Origin: a virus
Lineage: Duplodnaviria; Caudoviricetes
DNA length: 38,508 bases
Virus record (IMG/VR): IMGVR_UViG_3300017700_000626
Span: 1 to 38,508 of that record
Strand: one strand, 5' to 3'
Each line of letters starts with the position of its first letter. The stretch's first letter is position 1. Below, one piece after another: positions 17,045-23,714 of this stretch. The notes under the pieces are model-generated. The model was not told where the DNA came from. It saw nothing but the letters and a program-made list of their open reading frames with translations, and searched no databases. A program made the position numbers and the translations under genes.

Positions 17045-17460
17045 GACGGCTTCTCCGTACCCGGCTGTGTGTCGTCTCTGGGGGCGGCTAGGCTCTTCAG
17101 CGCCCATGCGATCCCTCGCGCTTGGCCGTTGTGGCTGATGTGCCTCCGAACGTGGGCGCGGGCTTCGTGGAGAGCCTTCTCATCTGTGGTTGCGTGCCAT
17201 AGGCAGCCGTAGGCGATCTCAAGCGGCGAGACGCCCACAACAGCCGTCTCAGCTACGCGGTGGGTATCCGCGTCAGCGGATGAACCGAAACCCTCTCCCA
17301 GTACAGGAAGGGGGGACAGGGCGGCATAGACCGTGCGGAGATCGCCTGCCGTCATCGTAATCGGCAAGCAAACGCTGTCGGGACATTCCGGGATCGGTAG
17401 ATGGCAAGCAATGATGCGGGCCGCTTCCGGGGCCTTGGTGGTGTCGGGAGCATCAGTCAT
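17041..17460 (-). CDS. Two-module hypothetical protein with repeat element embedded in frame
   Basis: Start MTDAPD; the linker 'LPVLGEGFGSSADADTHRVAETAVVG' is the translated repeat. Confidence 0.6.
   Translation of the reverse strand: MTDAPDTTKAPEAARIIACHLPIPECPDSVCLPITMTAGDLRTVYAALSPLPVLGEGFGSSADADTHRVAETAVVGVSPLEIAYGCLWHATTDEKALHEARAHVRRHISHNGQARGIAWALKSLAAPRDDTQPGTEKPS
17234..17311 (+). repeat. Junction repeat element, full copy C
   Basis: CCCACAACAGCCGTCTCAGCTACGCGGTGGGTATCCGCGTCAGCGGATGAACCGAAACCCTCTCCCAGTACAGGAAGG, with core hairpin ATCCGC-GTCA-GCGGAT. Confidence 0.75.
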
Positions 17461-17764
17461 GGGCGGGCTCCAGATTGCAGCGCATCCATTTCGTCTTGAG
17501 CGCGCGGTAACTGTCGGCGTCGAGCGCGACGGTCTCGGACCACGACCCATCGGGTTCCAGAACGTCGGCGAAGTGATTTACGATCTCGCCCCCAACCTCG
17601 ACCTTGCCAGCAATGGCCGCGCGCCGCAGGACGGTGTTGACCGCTCCACGGCCCTTGCTGAAGACGACGCCTTCACAAGACCGCAGATCATCGCCGACGA
17701 TGCGATGCAGCTTCAGGCCGACCGTGTTCGCGGGCAGCTTTTCCAAGCCAATCGCGGTTGTCAT
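17453..17764 (-). CDS. Hypothetical protein
   Basis: Start MTTAIG with ATGA coupling and a GGAGGGG RBS. Confidence 0.6.
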   Translation of the reverse strand: MTTAIGLEKLPANTVGLKLHRIVGDDLRSCEGVVFSKGRGAVNTVLRRAAIAGKVEVGGEIVNHFADVLEPDGSWSETVALDADSYRALKTKWMRCNLEPAHD

Positions 17765-17952
17765 GAGCCCTCCCCTTCCTTGGTGTTGGCGAGGCGATAG
17801 GCGATGATGTTGGACCAACCCAACTCGGTCTTGTGCCGCCACTTGAAGCCGCCCGCCCTGCCGCGCAGCACTTCATGGTCGCTGAAGCGCACCTCAACCA
17901 TCTGGCCCGGCACGGGGTTCTCGCCGCCCTTCCATTCGATCCAGCCGCCCAT
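17761..17952 (-). CDS. Small phage early protein ('WIEWKGGENPV...IIAYR' family)
   Basis: Recognisable recurrent phage module; start MGGWIEW. Confidence 0.65.
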   Translation of the reverse strand: MGGWIEWKGGENPVPGQMVEVRFSDHEVLRGRAGGFKWRHKTELGWSNIIAYRLANTKEGEGS

Positions 17953-17956
17953 ACGG

Positions 17957-18292
17957 TCATCCTGGGGGGGAGGCGTAGAGGGGCTGGACTTCCGCGCCGT
18001 GGCGCCGCCAGTAGTCCGCCATGCCCGGATCGGACGTGGCGATCCACGCATCATCAGCAGGGTCGCAAACCCGCCACGCGACCGCCTCCCCGGCTTGGGG
18101 GTCTCGGTTGGCGCGACGGTTCCACATGGCGACTGGAGAATAGCCGTCTGCCCCGGCGCACTTCATTGCGTCCGAAGCGCAGGTCGCCTGCGAACAGCCG
18201 TTCATCGGGAACAGTCGTGCGGGACCTCCGCAGAACGGACACGGCAGTAAATCCACCGGCACGACAGCCGTCTTAGTGGTCTTAGCGGTCAT
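17957..18292 (-). CDS. Lar-like (restriction alleviation) Zn-finger protein fused to an 'EAVAW...QPLYA' module
   Basis: 'LLPCPFCGG...C...C...WNRRA'. Confidence 0.7.
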   Translation of the reverse strand: MTAKTTKTAVVPVDLLPCPFCGGPARLFPMNGCSQATCASDAMKCAGADGYSPVAMWNRRANRDPQAGEAVAWRVCDPADDAWIATSDPGMADYWRRHGAEVQPLYASPPG

Positions 18293-18506
18293 GGCTTTGT
18301 CCTTTGAAGGATGCACGGCGAATGTCGCCTTGGATCGCGCCGATGAGGTCTTCCGCCTGATGAACGACGTTGTCGGCGAAGTCGGAGAGGACCTCCCTGA
18401 CGGGGACATCCTCCGTCTCCACGATGTCGAACATCAGCTCTTCGGCCTTGCGCTTGAGCGTGGCCGCCCGGCGCTCCCAGCCGCGCGTTTGACTGATGGT
18501 CGGCAT
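18282..18506 (-). CDS. Hypothetical protein
   Basis: Start MPTISQ, 1 nt after the upstream stop; the RBS is supplied by the 21-nt repeat. Confidence 0.55.
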   Translation of the reverse strand: MPTISQTRGWERRAATLKRKAEELMFDIVETEDVPVREVLSDFADNVVHQAEDLIGAIQGDIRRASFKGQSHDR

Positions 18507-18507
18507 C

Positions 18508-18681
18508 CTATTCCCCTCCCTGTACGACGGGGAAATCTGCCTCACTCAGTCGAGCTAGAAACGCCGCATCCTGCTTCCTGATCTGGTCGTGCGAGTGCCT
18601 GTCGCTGGTCTGTTTTCCCGCGTACGAAAGATCGGGCCTGTAGGTTCCGCAGTGGGGAACGCGCTTGGGCTCGTAGGTCAT
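18508..18681 (-). CDS. 57-aa hypothetical protein flanked by 21-nt direct repeats (not in ORF track)
   Basis: MTYEPKRVPHCGTYRPDLSYAGKQTSDRHSHDQIRKQDAAFLARLSEADFPVVQGGE; ATGA-coupled to the HNH gene. Confidence 0.6.
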   Translation of the reverse strand: MTYEPKRVPHCGTYRPDLSYAGKQTSDRHSHDQIRKQDAAFLARLSEADFPVVQGGE

Positions 18682-18706
18682 TTGGCCCCTCCCTGTACGA
18701 CGGGGA
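18513..18706. repeat. Perfect 21-nt direct repeat CCCCTCCCTGTACGACGGGGA (18513-18533, 18686-18706)
   Basis: Both copies sit at gene 3' ends, encode PVVQGG and contain the next gene's RBS. Confidence 0.9.
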
Positions 18707-19154
18707 GAGCGGAGACAAGTTTGCGTGCATGGTATCGAATGGTGCTTCCATTAACGCCAAACTTTTTCGCTATTGCCCCACGCGACATGATTCCGCCCAT
18801 CCGCAATCGCATCGCCTCTTCAATTTGTGACGGTGTGAGCTTGTGGTGTCCGCCCGCGACTCTTCCGTCTCGCCCTTTAGCGGTCCTGTCCGCCATATTG
18901 TCCTTGTGAGTTCCGAGGAACAAGTGATTAGGGTTGATGCAGGCGCGAACGTCGCAAAGGTGCAAAACGTGCATCCCCTCGGGAACAGGGCCAACTAGGG
19001 TTTGGTATGCGACGCGATGCACGGAAACGCACCGCTGGCCTAACTTGAAACGCCCATAACCATGACGGTCGGGCGAATACAGGCTTAACCAGCACCCGCC
19101 GTTTGGGTCATATTCGACTTTCCGTAACAGGCGATCTTCAATGGCGGTTCTCAT
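18678..19154 (-). CDS. HNH endonuclease with C-terminal HTH
   Basis: 'GCWL..GYG..HRVAY..HLCDVRACINPNHL..N'. Confidence 0.9.
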   Translation of the reverse strand: MRTAIEDRLLRKVEYDPNGGCWLSLYSPDRHGYGRFKLGQRCVSVHRVAYQTLVGPVPEGMHVLHLCDVRACINPNHLFLGTHKDNMADRTAKGRDGRVAGGHHKLTPSQIEEAMRLRMGGIMSRGAIAKKFGVNGSTIRYHARKLVSALPVVQGGAK

Positions 19155-19519
19155 TTGGCTTCTATACGAGAGAGGGCGGCTCGGGCTGCTCGGAGGTGGC
19201 CTAGCGGAACGACAGTCCGTGTCTTGTCGGACAGGCTGTTGCCGCTCATGGCCTCGCGCTTCGTAGCCGCCGAAGCCAAAGGCACTAAAGCCTCCCGCAG
19301 TTCGACAACATCTCCCCCTCCTGAACGGGGCAGGTTAGCCAAGAAAACGCGGATTGTGGCCTCTGATTTGGGCCATTGGTCGTCCAGATCGCCCGCTTCG
19401 GCGGCTTCGAGCGCCCGCAGTTGGGTGTCCTTGTTCCAGCCCTCCGGCTCCTGTTCGGCAAGCTTTCGCATCGCCGCCAAGGCCGCGCGCTTGAGATCAG
19501 CGCTGCTGTAGTCGCTCAT
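19151..19519 (-). CDS. Hypothetical protein
   Basis: Coupled 122 aa ORF; C-terminal 'LREAL...LRAARAAL' module. Confidence 0.6.
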   Translation of the reverse strand: MSDYSSADLKRAALAAMRKLAEQEPEGWNKDTQLRALEAAEAGDLDDQWPKSEATIRVFLANLPRSGGGDVVELREALVPLASAATKREAMSGNSLSDKTRTVVPLGHLRAARAALSRIEAK

Positions 19520-19977
19520 GGCTTCACGCCTTCCTGTAGGGGGTTTTGTTTCACTCCTTCGCTTCGCTCATCCGTACCCACCGAGCTTGAGGACGGGGCT
19601 GTGGTAGGCTTGAAGCCTCCATGGTCTGCGATGACCTGAGCGACGACTTCGATGGGCGTGTAGGCGTAAACAGCGTCGGTCGGATCGGTATCGCCCCAAT
19701 CCTCCATCCACGGCATGAGCGCATCGACACGGGCGGTCGGGAACCCAACCTCGACGTTGCACCACGGCCCCTCGCTTTCGCGCGGCGTGCAGTAGTGGAA
19801 CGCGCTGGCCTGAACGCTCATCGCAAAGCCGTCCTCGCACTCAATGCAGGGCACTTGGGTCAGGTGTTCACCGAAGGTCGAATAGCTGTCCTTCCGGCGG
19901 GGCTTGTGGTCGAGACGACGGTTCAGCTCCGCCAGAATATCAGCGACGGTCTTCGGTTCGATCAGGTCCCCGGTCAT
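19516..19977 (-). CDS. Conserved-type phage hypothetical protein
   Basis: 'C.DGF.MSVQAS.FHYC.PR...VEVGFP...VYAY.P...HGG' pattern; start MTGDL is coupled. The C-terminus is the translated repeat. Confidence 0.7.
   Translation of the reverse strand: MTGDLIEPKTVADILAELNRRLDHKPRRKDSYSTFGEHLTQVPCIECEDGFAMSVQASAFHYCTPRESEGPWCNVEVGFPTARVDALMPWMEDWGDTDPTDAVYAYTPIEVVAQVIADHGGFKPTTAPSSSSVGTDERSEGVKQNPLQEGVKP
19529..19608 (-). repeat. Junction repeat element, full copy B
   Basis: Minus strand CCTACCACAGCCCCGTCCTCAAGCTCGGTGGGTACGGATGAGCGAAGCGAAGGAGTGAAACAAAACCCCCTACAGGAAGG aligns end to end with copy C. Confidence 0.75.
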
Positions 19978-20306
19978 TGGCCGCGAGCTTTCGCGATGGC
20001 GGCGCGGAGCTTGCCGATTTCGCCCAGCGACGTGCCCGCGCAGAACATCTCCAGCTCGGCCAATGCGCGCTCGGCCGCCTCCAGCAAGTCCGGTGCGGCT
20101 GCTATAAGGCGGGCGTTGGCTTCGCGGTTCGTCGTGGTGATGATGTCGTCCAGCTTCACCGGATACCAAGCCGCCGTCGCGATCAACTCGCCGCGCTCGT
20201 CAAAGACCTCCTGCGAATAGCCGCCATTCCGGTTGTGGCGATAGTCGTGAGACCAAGGCCCCGGAGTATGACCCGACACAACAGCCGTCTCAGCTACGCG
20301 GGTCAT
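19974..20306 (-). CDS. 'HTPGPW...ANARLIAAAPDLL' family phage protein
   Basis: Recurrent phage module; the N-terminus MTRVAETAVV is the repeat half-site. Confidence 0.75.
   Translation of the reverse strand: MTRVAETAVVSGHTPGPWSHDYRHNRNGGYSQEVFDERGELIATAAWYPVKLDDIITTTNREANARLIAAAPDLLEAAERALAELEMFCAGTSLGEIGKLRAAIAKARGQ
20277..20301 (+). repeat. 25-nt perfect repeat of 17236-17260 (left half of junction element)
   Basis: CACAACAGCCGTCTCAGCTACGCGG at both loci, with a 15/17 copy at 18260-18276. Confidence 0.9.
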
Positions 20307-20506
20307 GCCACCACCATCCGAACAAGAGACGGAAGGACAACAAACAGAACGCCAAGCCCAGCAATCCAGGCCATTGCCTGCCAGACTACGGCGGGAACCT
20401 TGGGCTCCTCGGGAACGATTACCCACGAACGAGCGGGCGAATATCGGTCACAGGTTTCCCGCGCGGCTTCCATGCGGTGATCCCGGAAATCGTGCCGATC
20501 AATCAT
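20303..20506 (-). CDS. Small membrane protein (C-terminal TM)
   Basis: Start MIDRHD with AGGGAG RBS; hydrophobic C-terminus. Confidence 0.6.
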   Translation of the reverse strand: MIDRHDFRDHRMEAARETCDRYSPARSWVIVPEEPKVPAVVWQAMAWIAGLGVLFVVLPSLVRMVVA

Positions 20507-20657
20507 TCGTCTTCTCCCTTTCTGCATTGGCTTGAGCGAAAGCCCAGCCGTGGATTGTCTCGCCCATCTTTTTGTTATCTCTTCCGACTGATTCCCAAAG
20601 CTGCTCCAGATCGGAGCCTTTGCGGGGACGGACGGCGATAGGTGCGGGGCGCTTCAT
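20499..20657 (-). CDS. 52-aa putative ribbon-helix-helix regulator, leaderless (not in ORF track)
   Basis: MKRPAPIAVRPRKGSDLEQLWESVGRDNKKMGETIHGWAFAQANAEREKTND; ATG 6 nt after the -10 box. Confidence 0.55.
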   Translation of the reverse strand: MKRPAPIAVRPRKGSDLEQLWESVGRDNKKMGETIHGWAFAQANAEREKTND

Positions 20658-20662
20658 TCGTC

Positions 20663-20692
20663 TGGTTTACCCGTCATTGGTTTACCCGTCAA
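20663..20692 (-). promoter_or_regulatory. Sigma70-type promoter overlaid by a 14-nt tandem direct repeat (operator)
   Basis: TTGACG-17-TAAACC; TGGTTTACCCGTCA at 20663-20676 and 20678-20691. Confidence 0.7.
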
Positions 20693-20725
20693 CTCACTTT
20701 CTCGCCTAGCCTCTTCCTTACTTGT

Positions 20726-20770
20726 TGGGAGGGGTTTTAGTTCACTCGCGCTTTGCGCTCATACCCAGCC
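20726..20770 (-). repeat. Junction repeat element, core copy A
   Basis: Minus strand GGCTGGGTATGAGCGCAAAGCGCGAGTGAACTAAAACCCCTCCCA, just after the MTase stop. Confidence 0.7.
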
Positions 20771-20780
20771 AGACAGGCTT

Positions 20781-21758
20781 TCAGGCTGGTTCTAGTTCGT
20801 CAGCTATGGTGACGGCAGAAAACATTCCGCCATCCGCTTTAAGCCGGTTTTGCGCCATCGCAGCATAGGCGGGGTTCAGTTCGATCAGGACGGCGTTGCG
20901 TCCGTGGCGGTCCGCGACAAGGCCCGTCGTTCCTGCGCCGCCGAAGGGGTCCAGCACGGTTCCGCCGATAGGACAGCCCGAGAGGATGCATGGCTCGATC
21001 AGGTCTGGCGGATAGGTGGCGAAATGTGCGTCCGCGAACGGCTGGGTGGGGACGGTCCAGACGGATCGCCTGTTGCGCGTCTCTCGGATAGCTCGGAACG
21101 CTCGCTGTCCCTGACCGGGAATCTCGCCCTTGTCGTTGAACCCGCCCTGCAAGACGTCGGTGTGTGAGCCGCCCGGTTGATAGTTCGCCGTCTCCGCGAT
21201 GGCGGCGGCGTCGAAATAGTAGCGGGGGCTCTTCGACAGCAGGAAGATATATTCGTGCGCCTTCGTGCAGCGGTCGGTCACGCTTTCCGGCATGGGATTC
21301 GGCTTGGCCCAGATTATGTCCTGCCGGAGATACCAGCCATCAGCGCGGAGAGCGAAAGCGACCATCCACGGAATGCCGATCAGGTCTTTTTCTTTCAAGC
21401 CGTGGGCTAGTTTTTGGGATGCGCCGCCGCCCGTCATGTTTGATTTTGCGCGCTGGCCTTCCGCACGGCTGACGCCATCCAGCCCGCTATTGTTCGACCA
21501 CCCGCCAGCACGGGCGTAGCTGTCCCCGAGGTTCAGCCAGACGGTCCCGTCGTCCCGAAGCACCCTGCGGACCTCGCGGAAGACTTCGACCATAGCCGCT
21601 ACAAACCGGTCAGGCGTCGGTTCAAGTCCGATCTGGCCCGCGTGGCCATAGTCACGGAGGCCGAAGTATGGCGGCGACGTTACGCAGGTATGAACGCCCC
21701 CGGCCTCCATTTGGCGGAGACGTTCGCGGCAATCACCTACGAGGATTTGAACCGTCAT
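20781..21758 (-). CDS. Beta-class amino (N4-C/N6-A) DNA methyltransferase
   Basis: TSPPY motif IV before DPFGGAGTT motif I, plus 'IIWAKPNPMPES' and 'HFATYP'. Start at 21758 (TGATG, GAGGAG RBS). Confidence 0.92.
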   Translation of the reverse strand: MTVQILVGDCRERLRQMEAGGVHTCVTSPPYFGLRDYGHAGQIGLEPTPDRFVAAMVEVFREVRRVLRDDGTVWLNLGDSYARAGGWSNNSGLDGVSRAEGQRAKSNMTGGGASQKLAHGLKEKDLIGIPWMVAFALRADGWYLRQDIIWAKPNPMPESVTDRCTKAHEYIFLLSKSPRYYFDAAAIAETANYQPGGSHTDVLQGGFNDKGEIPGQGQRAFRAIRETRNRRSVWTVPTQPFADAHFATYPPDLIEPCILSGCPIGGTVLDPFGGAGTTGLVADRHGRNAVLIELNPAYAAMAQNRLKADGGMFSAVTIADELEPA

Positions 21759-22357
21759 CACATACTCCTCAAAAGCTGTTCCCGTTGAGCCGTAGCCCGT
21801 TCGCACGCCTCTTTCAGTTCGGATAGCGTGGGGAAAAAGTTGGGCTTGTCGGACCGGTACATGAATCGCTCAACGACGGCTTTTGAAACGTCAGCCGGGA
21901 ACTTGGCTAGGCAGTCGCTGTAGAGTTTCAGGATCAGCCGCAGAGAGTTTTCGCTGTCCTGTCGGTGAGCCGTAACGGCGTGGAGCGTGGAAACGTGTTC
22001 CTCGCACCTCTGGACCGTCGCCGGGGTCATGGCGCTCTGAACAGCCCTGCGCGCCTCAGAACGGTTGCTCTCGTTCAGGCCCTCGAACGAAAACCCCGTC
22101 ACTGTCCGTTGGTAGCCACCCGTCGTCGGGTAGGTCAGGCTGATTTGCGGCTGCGGCACGATTTGCAAGCAGGACGTCAACCATTGAAGCAGGTTTTTGT
22201 CGGTGTCCTCCGGCGCTTGGCTTTCCAACTTGGCGAGGATCGCTGGGCTCGTCGCGCCAGCGTTCGTTGTTAAGCCACGTTGCGGCGTGGGGGATGAAGC
22301 CTTCTCTCCACTGCTGCCAATGGCGTTGAGTATCGACTGCTGCGACAAGCGTTCCAT
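21758..22357 (-). CDS. Putative helicase loader (lambda-P-position protein)
   Basis: C-terminal 'FFPTLSELKEAC' motif; immediately downstream of, and overlapping, the initiator. Confidence 0.55.
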   Translation of the reverse strand: MERLSQQSILNAIGSSGEKASSPTPQRGLTTNAGATSPAILAKLESQAPEDTDKNLLQWLTSCLQIVPQPQISLTYPTTGGYQRTVTGFSFEGLNESNRSEARRAVQSAMTPATVQRCEEHVSTLHAVTAHRQDSENSLRLILKLYSDCLAKFPADVSKAVVERFMYRSDKPNFFPTLSELKEACERATAQREQLLRSM

Positions 22358-22892
22358 GGTCCATGCCTTTCAGGGCTTTTCGGTAGGCGGCCTCTGCGGC
22401 CTTCTTGTTGTCCTTGCGGGGGTAGGCTTTCCAAAACTCAGCAAACGAACGGTCAAAATCGGACAAGATAGAATCTTTAGATTTCTTCTTATATTTCTTC
22501 CCTTCTTGTTCTGTGCCTTGCGCCTGCCTTGCGCCTGTCTCGCCTACTGCCTCACGGCTTGGCGGGATTGCCTGATAATCGTCGTATTTACAGATAGTTA
22601 CGAGAGACACGCCTGCCTCACTGGTTGCCTCGACCATTGCCTCGCCCTTGAGGCGTTTAAAAAGCCTCTCAACCCACGCCTTATCGCGGTCAAGGGCCTG
22701 CGCCATGTCCCTTTGAGAGACGGCAAGCTGGCCTCTGGCGAGCGTGATTGGACGGCCTTTGTAGCGGACTCTTGCTGGCTTCCACGCGGCCCGAATGACG
22801 AGCCACGCGAAGGCCATTGCTTCGGCGTCGTTCCTGAAAGCAGGATGGCCCAGAAGGGAGCGATATATTTTGACGTGGCCAGCGTCGGTCAC
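22056..22892 (-). CDS. Replication initiator (lambda O/DnaD-like)
   Basis: N-terminal 'GHVKIYRSL...RGQL..S...L' wHTH; C-terminal 'FAEFWKAYPRK..K..A..AY...PHAATWLN.ERW'. Confidence 0.82.
   Translation of the reverse strand: MTDAGHVKIYRSLLGHPAFRNDAEAMAFAWLVIRAAWKPARVRYKGRPITLARGQLAVSQRDMAQALDRDKAWVERLFKRLKGEAMVEATSEAGVSLVTICKYDDYQAIPPSREAVGETGARQAQGTEQEGKKYKKKSKDSILSDFDRSFAEFWKAYPRKDNKKAAEAAYRKALKGMDHGTLVAAVDTQRHWQQWREGFIPHAATWLNNERWRDEPSDPRQVGKPSAGGHRQKPASMVDVLLANRAAAANQPDLPDDGWLPTDSDGVFVRGPEREQPF
22471..22645. other. Probable replication origin inside the initiator gene
   Basis: AT-rich tract 22471-22511, adjacent to tandem TGCCTTGCGCC x2 and several TGCCTC(A/G) iteron-like repeats. Confidence 0.55.
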
Positions 22893-22945
22893 AACGGAAC
22901 CGCCGTGAGGCTTGCACGATTAGAGTGGTGGCGGTAAAACCGCAT
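22889..22945 (-). CDS. 18-aa leader peptide coupled to the initiator (not in ORF track)
   Basis: MRFYRHHSNRASLTAVPL, with an AGGAG RBS 9 nt upstream. Its TGA overlaps the initiator GTG, which lacks an obvious RBS. Confidence 0.55.
   Translation of the reverse strand: MRFYRHHSNRASLTAVPL
22912..22940 (+). promoter_or_regulatory. Putative antisense sigma70 promoter
   Basis: TTGCAC-17-TAAAAC. Confidence 0.45.
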
Positions 22946-23164
22946 GGTCGGTGGCTCCTGCTGTAAGCCATTGATGTTCGCGGGCCAGAATTGCGCTCTG
23001 TCTCGCTACGGACTTTTATCCGCCATTGCCCTGAAAAGATCAAGGCGGGTAGAAAGGGAGAAAGACCCCCGGTGATGATCCGCTCTCGCCGGGGGTGACT
23101 TTCTCGAAAAGCCCTCTTATTGTAACCGCGCTGCGTCTATCTCCCGATTTTCGTTGGCAAGACT

Positions 23165-23201
23165 GGCCCGGCTGGATTCGCTCCACGCCGGGCCTTTTTC
23201 T
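23165..23201 (+). terminator. Intrinsic terminator on + strand (antisense to the replication operon)
   Basis: GGCCCGGC-TGGA-TTCGC-TCCA-C-GCCGGGCC followed by TTTTTCT. Confidence 0.75.
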
Positions 23202-23385
23202 ATCCGAAAAGCACTAGAGGGCGACTGACGCCAGCGGGCAGATGATCGCCGCGCTGGATAGCCTTTGCAATTTCACGAACGAAAGCCCTGTCCCGTTCCC
23301 GCTGGTTCGCTTCCTCATCAAGCGGTGAGCGCCAGTCTTTCGGAGCGTCCTTGGGGGTGGAGAAGCGTGGTTGCCAATGCGTCAT
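23200..23385 (-). CDS. Hypothetical protein
   Basis: ATGA-coupled 61 aa ORF. Confidence 0.6.
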   Translation of the reverse strand: MTHWQPRFSTPKDAPKDWRSPLDEEANQRERDRAFVREIAKAIQRGDHLPAGVSRPLVLFG

Positions 23386-23714
23386 GTGCTTGCTTCCTCT
23401 ATCAATCGGCCAAGGATTGCGGTTCGGCCAGGTTCGGGGATGGCGTAGCCTTGGCCTTCGTGGGTGACGATCAGCTTGGGGCCGATTCCCACGTCCTCCA
23501 GCTTGGAGCGCAGAAGGCAGATACGGACCTTGATGGCGTTCCGGCTCGGTAGATCGCCCTCAACCATCCGCCATTTTCTCGCCCGGCCTAGAACGTCGTA
23601 ACTGGCTACGCGGCCCTTTACGTCCAGAAGGGCGCAGAGTAGCGCCGACTCCATGCGGGAGCCCAACAAGGTGAAGGCGGCAACCTCCAACCCCAGACGC
23701 TCCAGCGGGCTCAT
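23382..23714 (-). CDS. Stand-alone OmpR/CtrA-type winged-helix DNA-binding domain
   Basis: 'NAIKVRICLLRSKL...IVTHEGQGYAI' resembles the Trans_reg_C/CtrA C-terminus; no receiver domain. Confidence 0.75.
   Translation of the reverse strand: MSPLERLGLEVAAFTLLGSRMESALLCALLDVKGRVASYDVLGRARKWRMVEGDLPSRNAIKVRICLLRSKLEDVGIGPKLIVTHEGQGYAIPEPGRTAILGRLIEEAST

Noticed and set aside
18542-18760. 72-aa ORF in track (MALMEAPF...)
   Set aside because: The alternative frame 18508-18681 has ATGA coupling, an RBS and better packing.
17234-20770. Repeats read as a CRISPR array
   Set aside because: Irregular kb-scale spacing, both orientations, genes between copies and no cas genes.
20781-21758. Calling the MTase ccrM
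   Set aside because: The SPPY motif and PNPMPES insertion fit the common phage beta-class MTase family; the target is unknown.
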